64,000 nt of DNA from Acidimicrobiia bacterium (GTDB lineage: Bacteria > Acidobacteriota > Vicinamibacteria > Vicinamibacterales > UBA2999). The translations under genes were made by a program, and so were the position numbers. The DNA lies in assembly GCA_016871375.1 (NCBI GenBank), contig VFYY01000002.1, forward strand, positions 1,749-65,748. The letters are read 5' to 3'. The notes below the pieces were generated by a model, which was given only the letters and a program-made list of their open reading frames with translations, had not been told where the DNA came from and ran no database searches. Below are positions 30,118 to 37,877 of the stretch, piece after piece (the stretch's first letter is position 1; the number at the start of each line of letters is the position of its first letter).

Positions 30118-31863
30118 ATGAAATTGAAGGGTGCACTCGCGGTTTCCTGCCTGCTTTGCGTCGCCCTGTCCGGCCAGGGCCGTGAGCTCGTCGCGCCGCC
30201 AACCACCGGGTGGCCGACCAACGGCGGCGACCTCTATAACCGCCGGTATTCACCGCTCACGCAGATCACGCGCGACAACGTCTCCGGGCTGAAGGCCGCG
30301 TGGCGTGCGCGCCTGAACGGATCCGGCCTGGCCGCCAAGTATTCCGGCGAAGCCACGCCCATCGTTGCCGACGGCGTGATGTACGTGGTTACCGGCGCGG
30401 ATGACGTCTTTGCGCTGAGCGTCGACACGGGCGCCACGCTGTGGACCTACACGGCGAACCTCGATCAGACGATCGACGTCGTCTGCTGCGGGTGGACGAG
30501 CCGGGGCGTGGGCCTCGGCGACGGCAGGGTGTACGTCGGCCAGCTCGACGGCAAGCTGGTCGCGCTCGATCAGCGGACGGGCACGCCGGTCTGGTCGGTG
30601 CAGGCCGAGCGGTGGGAGGAAGGCTTCAGCATCACGAGCGCGCCGCTCTATTACGACGGCCTGGTGATCACCGGCTTCGCGGGCGCCGAATACGGCATCC
30701 GCGGCCGCGTGAAGGCGTACCACGCGAAGGACGGCTCGCTGGCCTGGACGTTCTACACGGTTCCGGGACCCGGCGAGTTCGGCCACGACACGTGGCCGCG
30801 TACCAACACCGTCTGGCAGAAGGGCGGCGCGTCCGTCTGGCAGACGCCGGCCGTCGATCCCGAGCTCGGTCTCCTCTATTTCTCCACCGGCAACCCCGGC
30901 CCGGACTTCAACGGCGCCGTGCGCGCCGGCGACAACCTGTTCTCGGCGTCGATGGTGGCGGTGGACGCGAAGACCGGCAAGTACCGCTGGCACTTCCAGC
31001 AGGTGCACCACGACATCTGGGACTACGACGCGCCGAGCCCCGTGGTCCTCTTCGACATCGAGCTGAACGGCCGCCCGCGCAAGGCCATCGCGCAGCCGGG
31101 AAAGACCGGCTGGGTCTACATCCTCGACCGCACGAACGGCCGTCCGCTCATCGGCATCGAGGAGCGTCCCGTCCCGCAGGAGCCGCGCCAGCTCACCGCG
31201 CGCACGCAGCCGTACCCGGTGGGCGACGCGTTCGTGCCGCAGGCAGTCGCCATCCCGCCCGAGGGGTTCCGCGTCGTCAACCACGGACGGATCTTCACGC
31301 CGTTCTGGACCGAGCCGATTGCCGCGAAGCCGGGCCAGGGCGGCGGGGCGAACTGGCCGCCGAGCTCGTACGACCCGGGCAGCGGCTTTCTCTACGTGTG
31401 CGCGGCCGACCGTGCGGGCGTGTTCCGTGCGGACGACATCGGCCCCGAGCTGCCGCCAGAGGGTGAGCGGTATCTCGGCGGCGCGTTCGGGACGGTGCCG
31501 TTCGGCGTCACCGGCATCTTTGCGGCGCTCGACATGCGCACCAACAAGCTGGTGTGGCAGCAGCAGTGGCCGGACCGGTGTTACAGCGGCTCGACGGCGA
31601 CCGCCGGCGGCCTCGTCTTCGTCGGCCGCAGCGACGGCCGTTTCACGGCGCTCGATTCGCGGAACGGGCGGATGCTGTGGGAGTTCCAGACAGGCGCCGG
31701 CGTGAACGCGCCGGCCAGCGTCTTCGAGCACCGCGGACAGCAGTACGTCGCGGTGTACTCCGGCGGCAATCTCTTCGCTGGATCGCCGCGTGGCGACAGC
31801 GTGTGGCTGTTCTCGCTGAACGGCACGCTCGGTCCGGTCGACCGAGCGGTGCCGACGAATTAG
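30118..31863 (+). CDS. PQQ-dependent dehydrogenase, methanol/ethanol family, secreted; D-x-D (lanthanide-type) signature
   Basis: Signal peptide MKLKGALAVSCLLCVALSG. GWPTNGGDLYNRRYSPLTQITRDNVSGLKAAW. Vicinal Cys pair VCCGW. HDIWDYDAPSP. Confidence 0.85.
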   Translation: MKLKGALAVSCLLCVALSGQGRELVAPPTTGWPTNGGDLYNRRYSPLTQITRDNVSGLKAAWRARLNGSGLAAKYSGEATPIVADGVMYVVTGADDVFALSVDTGATLWTYTANLDQTIDVVCCGWTSRGVGLGDGRVYVGQLDGKLVALDQRTGTPVWSVQAERWEEGFSITSAPLYYDGLVITGFAGAEYGIRGRVKAYHAKDGSLAWTFYTVPGPGEFGHDTWPRTNTVWQKGGASVWQTPAVDPELGLLYFSTGNPGPDFNGAVRAGDNLFSASMVAVDAKTGKYRWHFQQVHHDIWDYDAPSPVVLFDIELNGRPRKAIAQPGKTGWVYILDRTNGRPLIGIEERPVPQEPRQLTARTQPYPVGDAFVPQAVAIPPEGFRVVNHGRIFTPFWTEPIAAKPGQGGGANWPPSSYDPGSGFLYVCAADRAGVFRADDIGPELPPEGERYLGGAFGTVPFGVTGIFAALDMRTNKLVWQQQWPDRCYSGSTATAGGLVFVGRSDGRFTALDSRNGRMLWEFQTGAGVNAPASVFEHRGQQYVAVYSGGNLFAGSPRGDSVWLFSLNGTLGPVDRAVPTN

Positions 31864-31864
31864 C

Positions 31865-31970
31865 GCGGTTTCGACTTCTTCGTAGTGTCCGGCTTTAGCC
31901 GGACCAAGTTGATCGGCACCGCCGTGTGTGGTCCGGCTAAAGCCGGACACTACGACGTTTCAGAAACCGC
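31865..31970. repeat. 106-bp nested palindromic element, copy 2 (core inverted relative to copy 1)
   Basis: The outer flanks are the same as in copy 1 and in the same orientation. The central 20-21 bp (AGTTGATCGGCACCGCCGTGT) is the reverse complement of the copy-1 centre. Confidence 0.9.
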
Positions 31971-31976
31971 TCTCGT

Positions 31977-32050
31977 GTGGTCCGGCTCAAGCCGGACACT
32001 ACGTATGCCGGGATGCTACGGGACGTAGTGTCCGCCTTTAGGCGGACCAC
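31977..32050. repeat. REP-B doublet, tail-to-tail, with compensatory stem change
   Basis: GTGGTCCGGCTCAAGCCGGACACTAC, then 22 nt, then GTAGTGTCCGCCTTTAGGCGGACCAC. In the second unit CCGGC/GCCGG has become CCGCC/GGCGG, which preserves pairing. Confidence 0.88.
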
Positions 32051-32052
32051 AA

Positions 32053-32949
32053 TCAGGCACGCTTCTTCTCTTCTTTCTTCTCCTCGACGATGGCGAGGAA
32101 GGCGGCGGACGCGTGAGAGCGCTCGCCGCTCTTTCGGTACACCATTCGCACGTGGCGGCGCAGGCGGATCTCCGGCATGGCGAGGGCCACGAGATCGCCG
32201 CGTGAGATCTCGGGCTCCGCGCAGCGGCGCGGCAGGAGCGCCACCCCCATCTGCAGCGCCACCGCGCGCTTGATGCCCTCGAGGCTCGGCAGCGAGATCA
32301 GGATGTTCGCGGGGATGTGATGCTGCTCGAAGAGCCGCAGCACGCGCTCGCGCACGTGCGACGGGTCGTTGTGGGCGATGACCGTCTGCCGGGCGCACTC
32401 CGACAACGTCACCTCCCGCGTGTGCGCCAGCGGGTGCGCGGGGTGCACGAGCATCACGAGCTCGTCCTGGCCAAGGACGACGGAGCCGAGCTTCGGCTCC
32501 GCCGGCTGGAACGTCAGCACGCCGAAGTCGAGGCTGCCGTGCGCGACCTCGGCGCCGATCTGCCGCGCGGGGATGCGCCGCACGTCCACGTGCACCAGCG
32601 GGTGCGCTTCGCGGAAGCGCTGGATGAGCGGCAGCACGGCGTGGACCGACGCTTCGTTGGCGCCAATCAGCACGCGCCCGCGGCGCAGGTCGCGCAGATC
32701 CTTGACGGCGGTCTCGGCCTCCTCCGAGAGGCGCAGCAGGCGGTCGGCGTAGTCGCGGAGGAGACGCCCCGCGTCGGTGAGCGTCGCGTCCTTGGTCGCG
32801 CGGTCGAACAGGCGCTCTCCGACGCTTTCCTCGAGCCGCTTGACGGCCTGGCTCACGGCCGGCTGCGTCCGGTGCAGCTTCATGGCCGCCCGGGAGAAGC
32901 TCCGCTCCGAGGCCACCTTCAGGAAGACGCGCAGCTCGCTCAATTCCAC
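32053..32949 (-). CDS. LysR family transcriptional regulator
   Basis: N-terminal wHTH MELSELRVFLKVASERSFSRAAMKLHRTQPAVSQAVKRLE followed by a LysR substrate-binding domain. Divergent from the leuA-like gene. Confidence 0.9.
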   Translation of the reverse strand: MELSELRVFLKVASERSFSRAAMKLHRTQPAVSQAVKRLEESVGERLFDRATKDATLTDAGRLLRDYADRLLRLSEEAETAVKDLRDLRRGRVLIGANEASVHAVLPLIQRFREAHPLVHVDVRRIPARQIGAEVAHGSLDFGVLTFQPAEPKLGSVVLGQDELVMLVHPAHPLAHTREVTLSECARQTVIAHNDPSHVRERVLRLFEQHHIPANILISLPSLEGIKRAVALQMGVALLPRRCAEPEISRGDLVALAMPEIRLRRHVRMVYRKSGERSHASAAFLAIVEEKKEEKKRA

Positions 32950-32976
32950 GGTTCAGCTCCGGTCTTTCGCCCCATC

Positions 32977-33048
32977 GGGCCACGGAGACACAGAGACACA
33001 GAGAAACATTAGGAAATCAACCTCTGTGACTCCGTGTCCCTGTGGCCC
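32977..33048. repeat. Imperfect 27-bp-arm hairpin built from CACAGAG/GGAGACA units
   Basis: GGGCCACGGAGACACAGAGACACAGAG, then an 18-nt loop, then CTCTGTGACTCCGTGTCCCTGTGGCCC. Lies in the lysR-leuA divergent region. Confidence 0.8.
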
Positions 33049-33063
33049 GTCTCGATAACGACC

Positions 33064-33101
33064 GATAATCCAAGCAGAATAATTATCATTTTGACATTAT
33101 C
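33064..33101. promoter_or_regulatory. Candidate LysR-type operator: GATAAT-N12-ATTATC-N8-ATTATC (T-N11-A core) plus TTGACA
   Basis: This is the only AT-rich stretch in the divergent region. GATAAT (33064-69) and ATTATC (33082-87) form a perfect dyad with T33069-N11-A33081. A third half-site lies at 33096-33101. TTGACA is at 33091-96. Confidence 0.4.
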
Positions 33102-33140
33102 CCGGCCGGTCGCGTCTACTGGGCAAGCGGGAGGTCCCGA

Positions 33141-34394
33141 GTGGCACAGGAACAGGTTCTGATCTTCGATACGACGCTGCGCGACGGCGAGCAGGCGCCC
33201 GGCTTTTCGCTTCGTCCGGCGGAAAAGCTGCTGCTGGCGCGCCAGCTCGACGCCCTCGGCGTGGACATCATCGAAGCCGGGTTCCCGATCGCCTCGCCCG
33301 CGGACGCGGAGGCCGTGCGCCGCATTGCCGCCGAGATCCGCCGCCCCGCGATCGCCTGCCTCGCGCGCTGCCACCGCGCCGACCTGGAGAAGGCCGCGTG
33401 GTCGATCCAGCCGGCCGAGAAGGGGCGCATCCACACGTTCATCGCGACCTCCGACCTGCACCTGCAGGCGAAGCTGCGCATCAGCCGCGAGCAGTGTCTC
33501 GAGGCGGCCGTCGATGCCGTCCGCTTCGCGCGGCACCACACGTTCGACGTCGAGTTCTCGGCGGAAGACGCCACCCGCAGCGACTTCGACTTCCTCTGCC
33601 GCGTCGTCGAAGCAGTGATCAAGGCGGGGGCGAGCACGATCAACCTGCCGGACACGGTCGGCTATTCGACGCCCGACGAGCTGCGTGACTTCTTCGCCCG
33701 CGTGCGCGAGCGCGTGCCCAACACCGACAAGGTGGTCTTCAGCGCGCACTGCCACGACGACCTGGGCCTGGCGGTCGCCAACACGCTGGCCGCGATCCAG
33801 GGCGGCGCGCGCCAGGTCGAGTGCACGGTCAACGGCATCGGCGAGCGCGCGGGCAACACGGCGCTCGAGGAGCTGGTGATGGCGTTCCGCGTGCGCGCGG
33901 ACCGCATGCCGTATCACGTCGGCATCGACGCGAAGCAGATCTACCCGTCGAGCGAGCTGCTCACCAGGCTGACCGGCCAGCCGGTGCAGGTGAACAAGGC
34001 CATCGTCGGGCGGAACGCGTTCTCACACGAGGCGGGGATTCACCAGGACGGCATCCTCAAGGACCGCCGCACCTACGAGATCATGCGCGCCGAGGACGTC
34101 GGCGCGCCGTGGAACCCGCTCATCCTCGGCAAGCACTCGGGGCGCCACGCGGTGCAGCGTCGCTGCAGCGAGCTCGGCTTCGAGCTCGAGGGCGCCGAGC
34201 TCGTGGAGGTCTACCGCGCGCTGATGGCGATTGCCGACGATCGCAAGATCCTCACCGACAACGACATCGTCGCCGTCGTCAGCGGCGTCCGGACCAAGCA
34301 GCCGACGGGGCAGGAGCCGATCGACCCGTTCGACACGCCCGCCGCCGCCGGGCACCACGCGCTGCACGAGTCCGGCTACGGACACGGCGTGTAA
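33141..34394 (+). CDS. 2-isopropylmalate synthase/homocitrate synthase family protein (short form, no obvious C-terminal regulatory domain)
   Basis: [49 protein letters not shown] (DRE-TIM metallolyase). At 417 aa it is shorter than a classical LeuA of about 515 aa. Confidence 0.82.
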   Translation: MAQEQVLIFDTTLRDGEQAPGFSLRPAEKLLLARQLDALGVDIIEAGFPIASPADAEAVRRIAAEIRRPAIACLARCHRADLEKAAWSIQPAEKGRIHTFIATSDLHLQAKLRISREQCLEAAVDAVRFARHHTFDVEFSAEDATRSDFDFLCRVVEAVIKAGASTINLPDTVGYSTPDELRDFFARVRERVPNTDKVVFSAHCHDDLGLAVANTLAAIQGGARQVECTVNGIGERAGNTALEELVMAFRVRADRMPYHVGIDAKQIYPSSELLTRLTGQPVQVNKAIVGRNAFSHEAGIHQDGILKDRRTYEIMRAEDVGAPWNPLILGKHSGRHAVQRRCSELGFELEGAELVEVYRALMAIADDRKILTDNDIVAVVSGVRTKQPTGQEPIDPFDTPAAAGHHALHESGYGHGV

Positions 34395-34403
34395 TCAGGG
34401 CTA

Positions 34404-34508
34404 GTAAGGCGGGTAGGGCGGGTAGGGCGGGTAGGGCGGGTAGGGCGAGTGGGGGCTAGGAAGGTCTAGTTTTTGCCCGCCTTACCCGCCTCACCCGCCT
34501 CACTCGCC
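34404..34508. repeat. 9-bp tandem array (GTAGGGCGG x5) plus inverted partner forming a long hairpin across the mscS stop
   Basis: 34404-34448 holds GTAAGGCGG GTAGGGCGG x3 GTAGGGCGA. 34476-34508 holds CCCGCCTTACCCGCCTCACCCGCCTCACTCGCC, which encodes the mscS C-terminus EAGEAGKAGK. Confidence 0.85.
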
Positions 34509-35572
34509 AGCACCATCATCGTTGGCACCGGCAGCTTGATTCCCCGTTCCGCGAACGTCCTCGCAATCCGCTTCCGCAGCTCGCGCCCCACCAGCCACTG
34601 CTTCAACGGCACGGTCTTGATGCGCGCCTTGATCACGAGCTGACCCGGCTCGAAATTGTCCACCCCGTACACGTCCAGCGGCTCGAGGATGTGCGGCTTG
34701 AACTGCTCGTCGTCCATCAGCGTCGCCGCCGCGGCGCGCATCGCGTCCATGGCGCGATCGACGTCGCCTTCGAAGGGGACGGCCACGGTGATCACGTAAT
34801 ACGAGAAGTCCTTTGACATGTTGGCGAGCGTCTTCACCTCGCCGTTGGGGAAGATGTGCACCGCGCCCTGCTCGTCGCGGAGCACGATCGTGCGGAGGTT
34901 GACCTCCTCCACGAGCCCGCCCTGGCCGTTCACCTGCGCCACGTCGCCGACGCGCACCTGGTCCTCGAGAATCAGGAAGAAACCGGAGATCACGTCGCGG
35001 ACCAGTGTCTGCGCGCCGAAGCCGACCGCCAGGCCGGCAATGCCCGCACCCGTCAGCACCGGCGTGATGTCCACGTCGAGCTCGCGCAGGATCATGAGGC
35101 CCGCCATGGCGGTGACGACGATCGCGAGCATCTTCTGCAGGAGCCGGCCGAGCGTCTGGGCGCGCTTGGTGCGCTCGATGACGTCGAGCCCGGTCCCCTG
35201 ACTCATCTCGCGCTCGAAGCGCCGCGCCGCCGCCGAACCGATGCGGATGACCAGGTAGGCGCCGATGGCGATGACGGCGATGCGCAGGCCGCGGTCCAGC
35301 AGCCAGTCGGCGACCGCGCGCGGGTTCCCGCCGACCGGGCTCTCGACGCCTGCCAGCCGCATGGCCGGGAACGACAGGGCGATGGCCGTGATCAGGAAGA
35401 TGACGATGCGGACGACGCGGCGGGGACGGTCGACGAAGATCTTCTCGAGCTCCGGGTCGCCGATGACGCCGCGCAGCATCGACTGCGCCACGCGCGCGCC
35501 CATGTCCGCCACCAGGTAGGCGACGACGAGCGCCAGCGCCAGGGCGAGCATGAGTGTGGGGTCGGGAGTCAT
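34466..35572 (-). CDS. Small-conductance mechanosensitive channel (MscS family)
   Basis: 368 aa with N-terminal TM helices. The conserved pore/beta-domain region GAGIAGLAVGFGAQTLVRDVISGFFLILEDQVRVGDVAQV is typical of MscS. Confidence 0.85.
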   Translation of the reverse strand: MTPDPTLMLALALALVVAYLVADMGARVAQSMLRGVIGDPELEKIFVDRPRRVVRIVIFLITAIALSFPAMRLAGVESPVGGNPRAVADWLLDRGLRIAVIAIGAYLVIRIGSAAARRFEREMSQGTGLDVIERTKRAQTLGRLLQKMLAIVVTAMAGLMILRELDVDITPVLTGAGIAGLAVGFGAQTLVRDVISGFFLILEDQVRVGDVAQVNGQGGLVEEVNLRTIVLRDEQGAVHIFPNGEVKTLANMSKDFSYYVITVAVPFEGDVDRAMDAMRAAAATLMDDEQFKPHILEPLDVYGVDNFEPGQLVIKARIKTVPLKQWLVGRELRKRIARTFAERGIKLPVPTMMVLASEAGEAGKAGKN

Positions 35573-35608
35573 TTTTTCGAGTGTCCTCTAAAAATGACTC
35601 CCGACCCC
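35558..35608 (-). promoter_or_regulatory. Perfect 19-bp-stem hairpin enclosing the mscS start codon
   Basis: GGGGTCGGGAGTCATTTTT, then a 13-nt loop, then AAAAATGACTCCCGACCCC. On the minus-strand RNA the mscS AUG and first four codons form the 3' arm, and the loop carries AGAGGA. Confidence 0.7.
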
Positions 35609-35609
35609 A

Positions 35610-36788
35610 TTACTGTTCTGTACTGCTGCGGATGGGGATCTTCAGCTCGAGCGTCCGGCCGTCCCGGAGGACGGTGACGACGGCCGTGCTGCCGATTCTG
35701 GCGTCGCGAATCAGGCGAATGAGCTGTCCGCCGTCCTCGACCGCCGCGCCGTTGATGGCGAGCACGATGTCGAGCGGACGGAGGCCGCCGCTGTAGGCCG
35801 CCGAGTCCCGGCGCATGCGGCCGACGAGCACGCCGTCGGTATCGGGCGCGCCGAGCTCCGCGGCCGCCTGCGTCGTCAGCGGGGCGAACTCGACGTAGCC
35901 GATCGACCCGCGGCGGACCTCGCCGTGCTGCTGCAGCTCCGACACGATGCGGCGGGCCAGGTTGCTGGGCACGGCGAAGCCGATGCCCTGGTAGCCGCCA
36001 CTCTGGCTGAAGATCGCGGTGTTGATCCCGATCAGCTCGCCACGCGCGTTGACGAGCGCGCCGCCGGAGTTGCCAGGATTGATCGCGGCGTCCGTCTGGA
36101 TGAAGTCCTCGTACTCGGTGATGCCGACGCGCCGGCCGAGCGCGGACACGATGCCGAGCGTCACCGTCTGATTGAGCTGGAACGGGTTGCCGATCGCCAT
36201 CACCCACTCGGCCACCTTGAGCTGGTCGGAGTTGCCCCACGGGATCGTCGGCAGGTTCGTCGCGTTCACCTTGACCAGCGCGAGGTCGGTCTCCGGATCC
36301 ACGCCGATGATGCGCGCCTCGATCTCGCGACGGTCTTCGAGCGCCACCGTAATGGCGGGGAGCTGCCGGAGCTGCTGGCCCGACTCGCCGACGATGACGT
36401 GGTGGTTGGTGAGGATGTAGCCGTCGGAGCTGACGACGACGCCCGAGCCCAGGCTGCGCTCCACGCGGTTGCGCGGCCCGAAGACGTCGTCGGGGTCGCC
36501 GAAGAACTGGAAGAACGGGTCGTTCTGGAACGGGGAGTTGCGCCGCCGGATCACCTGTACCGACGAGATGTTGGCCACCGCCGGAATCGCGCGCTCGGCG
36601 ACGCGCGTGAAGTCAGGCGTCGGGACGGCGCCGCCGCCCGCGCCTGGCGCCTGTGCGGCGGCGGCCGGGGGCACCGGGTTCTGCGCGCCGACGTCGGTCG
36701 TCCCGCGCATCCGCGCCGTGATGACCAGGCCCGCGGCAAACCCGCACGCCAGCAGGAGCACCGACAGGATCAGGCGTCGTGCGCTCAT
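35610..36788 (-). CDS. HtrA/DegP-family periplasmic serine protease with PDZ domain
   Basis: Signal/anchor MSARRLILSVLLLACGFAAG. Catalytic segments TNHHVI, DLALVKV and GNSGGALVN. C-terminal PDZ domain. Confidence 0.9.
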   Translation of the reverse strand: MSARRLILSVLLLACGFAAGLVITARMRGTTDVGAQNPVPPAAAAQAPGAGGGAVPTPDFTRVAERAIPAVANISSVQVIRRRNSPFQNDPFFQFFGDPDDVFGPRNRVERSLGSGVVVSSDGYILTNHHVIVGESGQQLRQLPAITVALEDRREIEARIIGVDPETDLALVKVNATNLPTIPWGNSDQLKVAEWVMAIGNPFQLNQTVTLGIVSALGRRVGITEYEDFIQTDAAINPGNSGGALVNARGELIGINTAIFSQSGGYQGIGFAVPSNLARRIVSELQQHGEVRRGSIGYVEFAPLTTQAAAELGAPDTDGVLVGRMRRDSAAYSGGLRPLDIVLAINGAAVEDGGQLIRLIRDARIGSTAVVTVLRDGRTLELKIPIRSSTEQ

Positions 36789-36801
36789 CTCAGCGCCCCT
36801 C

Positions 36802-37203
36802 TCAACCGATGGAAATGCGGCGCGCCGCGGGCTCTCCCGTCTTCGGGCACGTCACCGTCAGCACGCCGTCGCGCAGGTCCGCGCTGATGGCGTCGACGTC
36901 GACGGGCACGGGCAGGTGAAACGTGCGGCTGAAGGACCCGTGGCCGCGCTCGACGCGGTGATACTGCTCGCAGACGGCCTCGCGCTCGCGGCGGACGCCG
37001 GAGATGGTGATCTGGCCGTCGTGCATCTGGATGTCGAGGTCCTCGCGGCGCAGGCCGGGGAGCTCCGCCGTGATTACGTAGCGATCGGGGGTCTCGTGCA
37101 GATCGACGGGCGGGACCCAGCCGGCGGGGCCCGGCGCGAAGCGGTCCAGCCGCTGCTGGATCGCCAGCAGATCGCGGATCGGATCCCAACGGGTGAAGGC
37201 CAT
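36802..37203 (-). CDS. Hsp20/alpha-crystallin small heat-shock protein
   Basis: MAFTRWDPIRDLLAIQQRLDRF..PPVDLHETPDRYVITAELPGL..FSRTFHLPVPVD..GVLTVTCPK. Lies 13 nt upstream of htrA on the same strand. Confidence 0.85.
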   Translation of the reverse strand: MAFTRWDPIRDLLAIQQRLDRFAPGPAGWVPPVDLHETPDRYVITAELPGLRREDLDIQMHDGQITISGVRREREAVCEQYHRVERGHGSFSRTFHLPVPVDVDAISADLRDGVLTVTCPKTGEPAARRISIG

Positions 37204-37241
37204 AAAAGATGCTAACATGGCGAGGATCTAACGATTACAAG

Positions 37242-37805
37242 ATGGCTTCCATACAGGCAACGCGTCTCAAGAAGGGCATGCTCATCAAGCAGGACCAGGA
37301 TCTGTTCCGGGTCCTCGAGCTGCAGCACGTCACCCCCGGCAACCTGCGCGGCTTCGTCCGCGTCAAGCTGCGCAACATCCGCAGCGGCACGCTGTCGGAC
37401 CAGAAGCTGCGCTCGGAAGACACGCTGGAGCGCGCCACGCTCGAACAGAAGGACATGCAGTTCCTCTACAAGGACGGCGAGGACTTCTACTTCATGGACA
37501 CGGCGTCCTACGACCAGATCCACATCTCCGGCGAGGCGCTCGGCGACTCGGTGAACTACCTGAAGCCGGAGATGACGATCGAGGTGGAGTTCTACGGCGA
37601 GGAGCCCGTCGGGATCGAGCTGCCGCAGACGGTGGACCTGAAGGTGACCGAGACCGTGCCCGGCATCAAGGGCGCGACCGCGAGCAACCAGGTGAAGCCG
37701 GCGACGCTCGAGACCGGGCTGGTCGTGCAGGTGCCCCCGTTCATCAACGAGGGCGACGTCGTTCGCGTCAGCACGGAATCCGGCGAATACCTCTCACGCG
37801 CGTAA
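37242..37805 (+). CDS. efp: Translation elongation factor P
   Basis: 187 aa from the internal ATG (MASIQATRLKKG). Colinear with E. coli EF-P through all three domains (..VKPATLETGLVVQVPPFINEGDVVRVSTESGEYLSRA). Confidence 0.9.
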   Translation: MASIQATRLKKGMLIKQDQDLFRVLELQHVTPGNLRGFVRVKLRNIRSGTLSDQKLRSEDTLERATLEQKDMQFLYKDGEDFYFMDTASYDQIHISGEALGDSVNYLKPEMTIEVEFYGEEPVGIELPQTVDLKVTETVPGIKGATASNQVKPATLETGLVVQVPPFINEGDVVRVSTESGEYLSRA

Positions 37806-37877
37806 TTAAGAATTAGGAATTACGAATTAGGAATTCGTGTCACGCATTCTTAATTCTTAATTCCGAATTTCTAATTA
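37803..37877. repeat. AT-rich hairpin built from 7-bp GAATTAN units between convergent efp and PQQ-dehydrogenase genes
   Basis: TAATTAA GAATTAG GAATTAC GAATTAG GAATTCG, then gtgtca, then the inverted partner CGCATTC TTAATTC TTAATTC CGAATTT CTAATTA. Confidence 0.8.

Noticed and set aside
32950-33140. Leucine attenuator or leader peptide, or T-box, upstream of the leuA-like gene
   Set aside because: No short ORF with consecutive Leu codons and no T-box specifier or antiterminator features. leuC has no leader at all, since it starts 1 nt after mpg.
33821-34459. 212-aa ORF ending in GRAGRAGRAGRASGG
   Set aside because: It is an alternative frame of the leuA-like gene running into the GTAGGGCGG tandem array. 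The repeated peptide is a translation artefact of the repeat.
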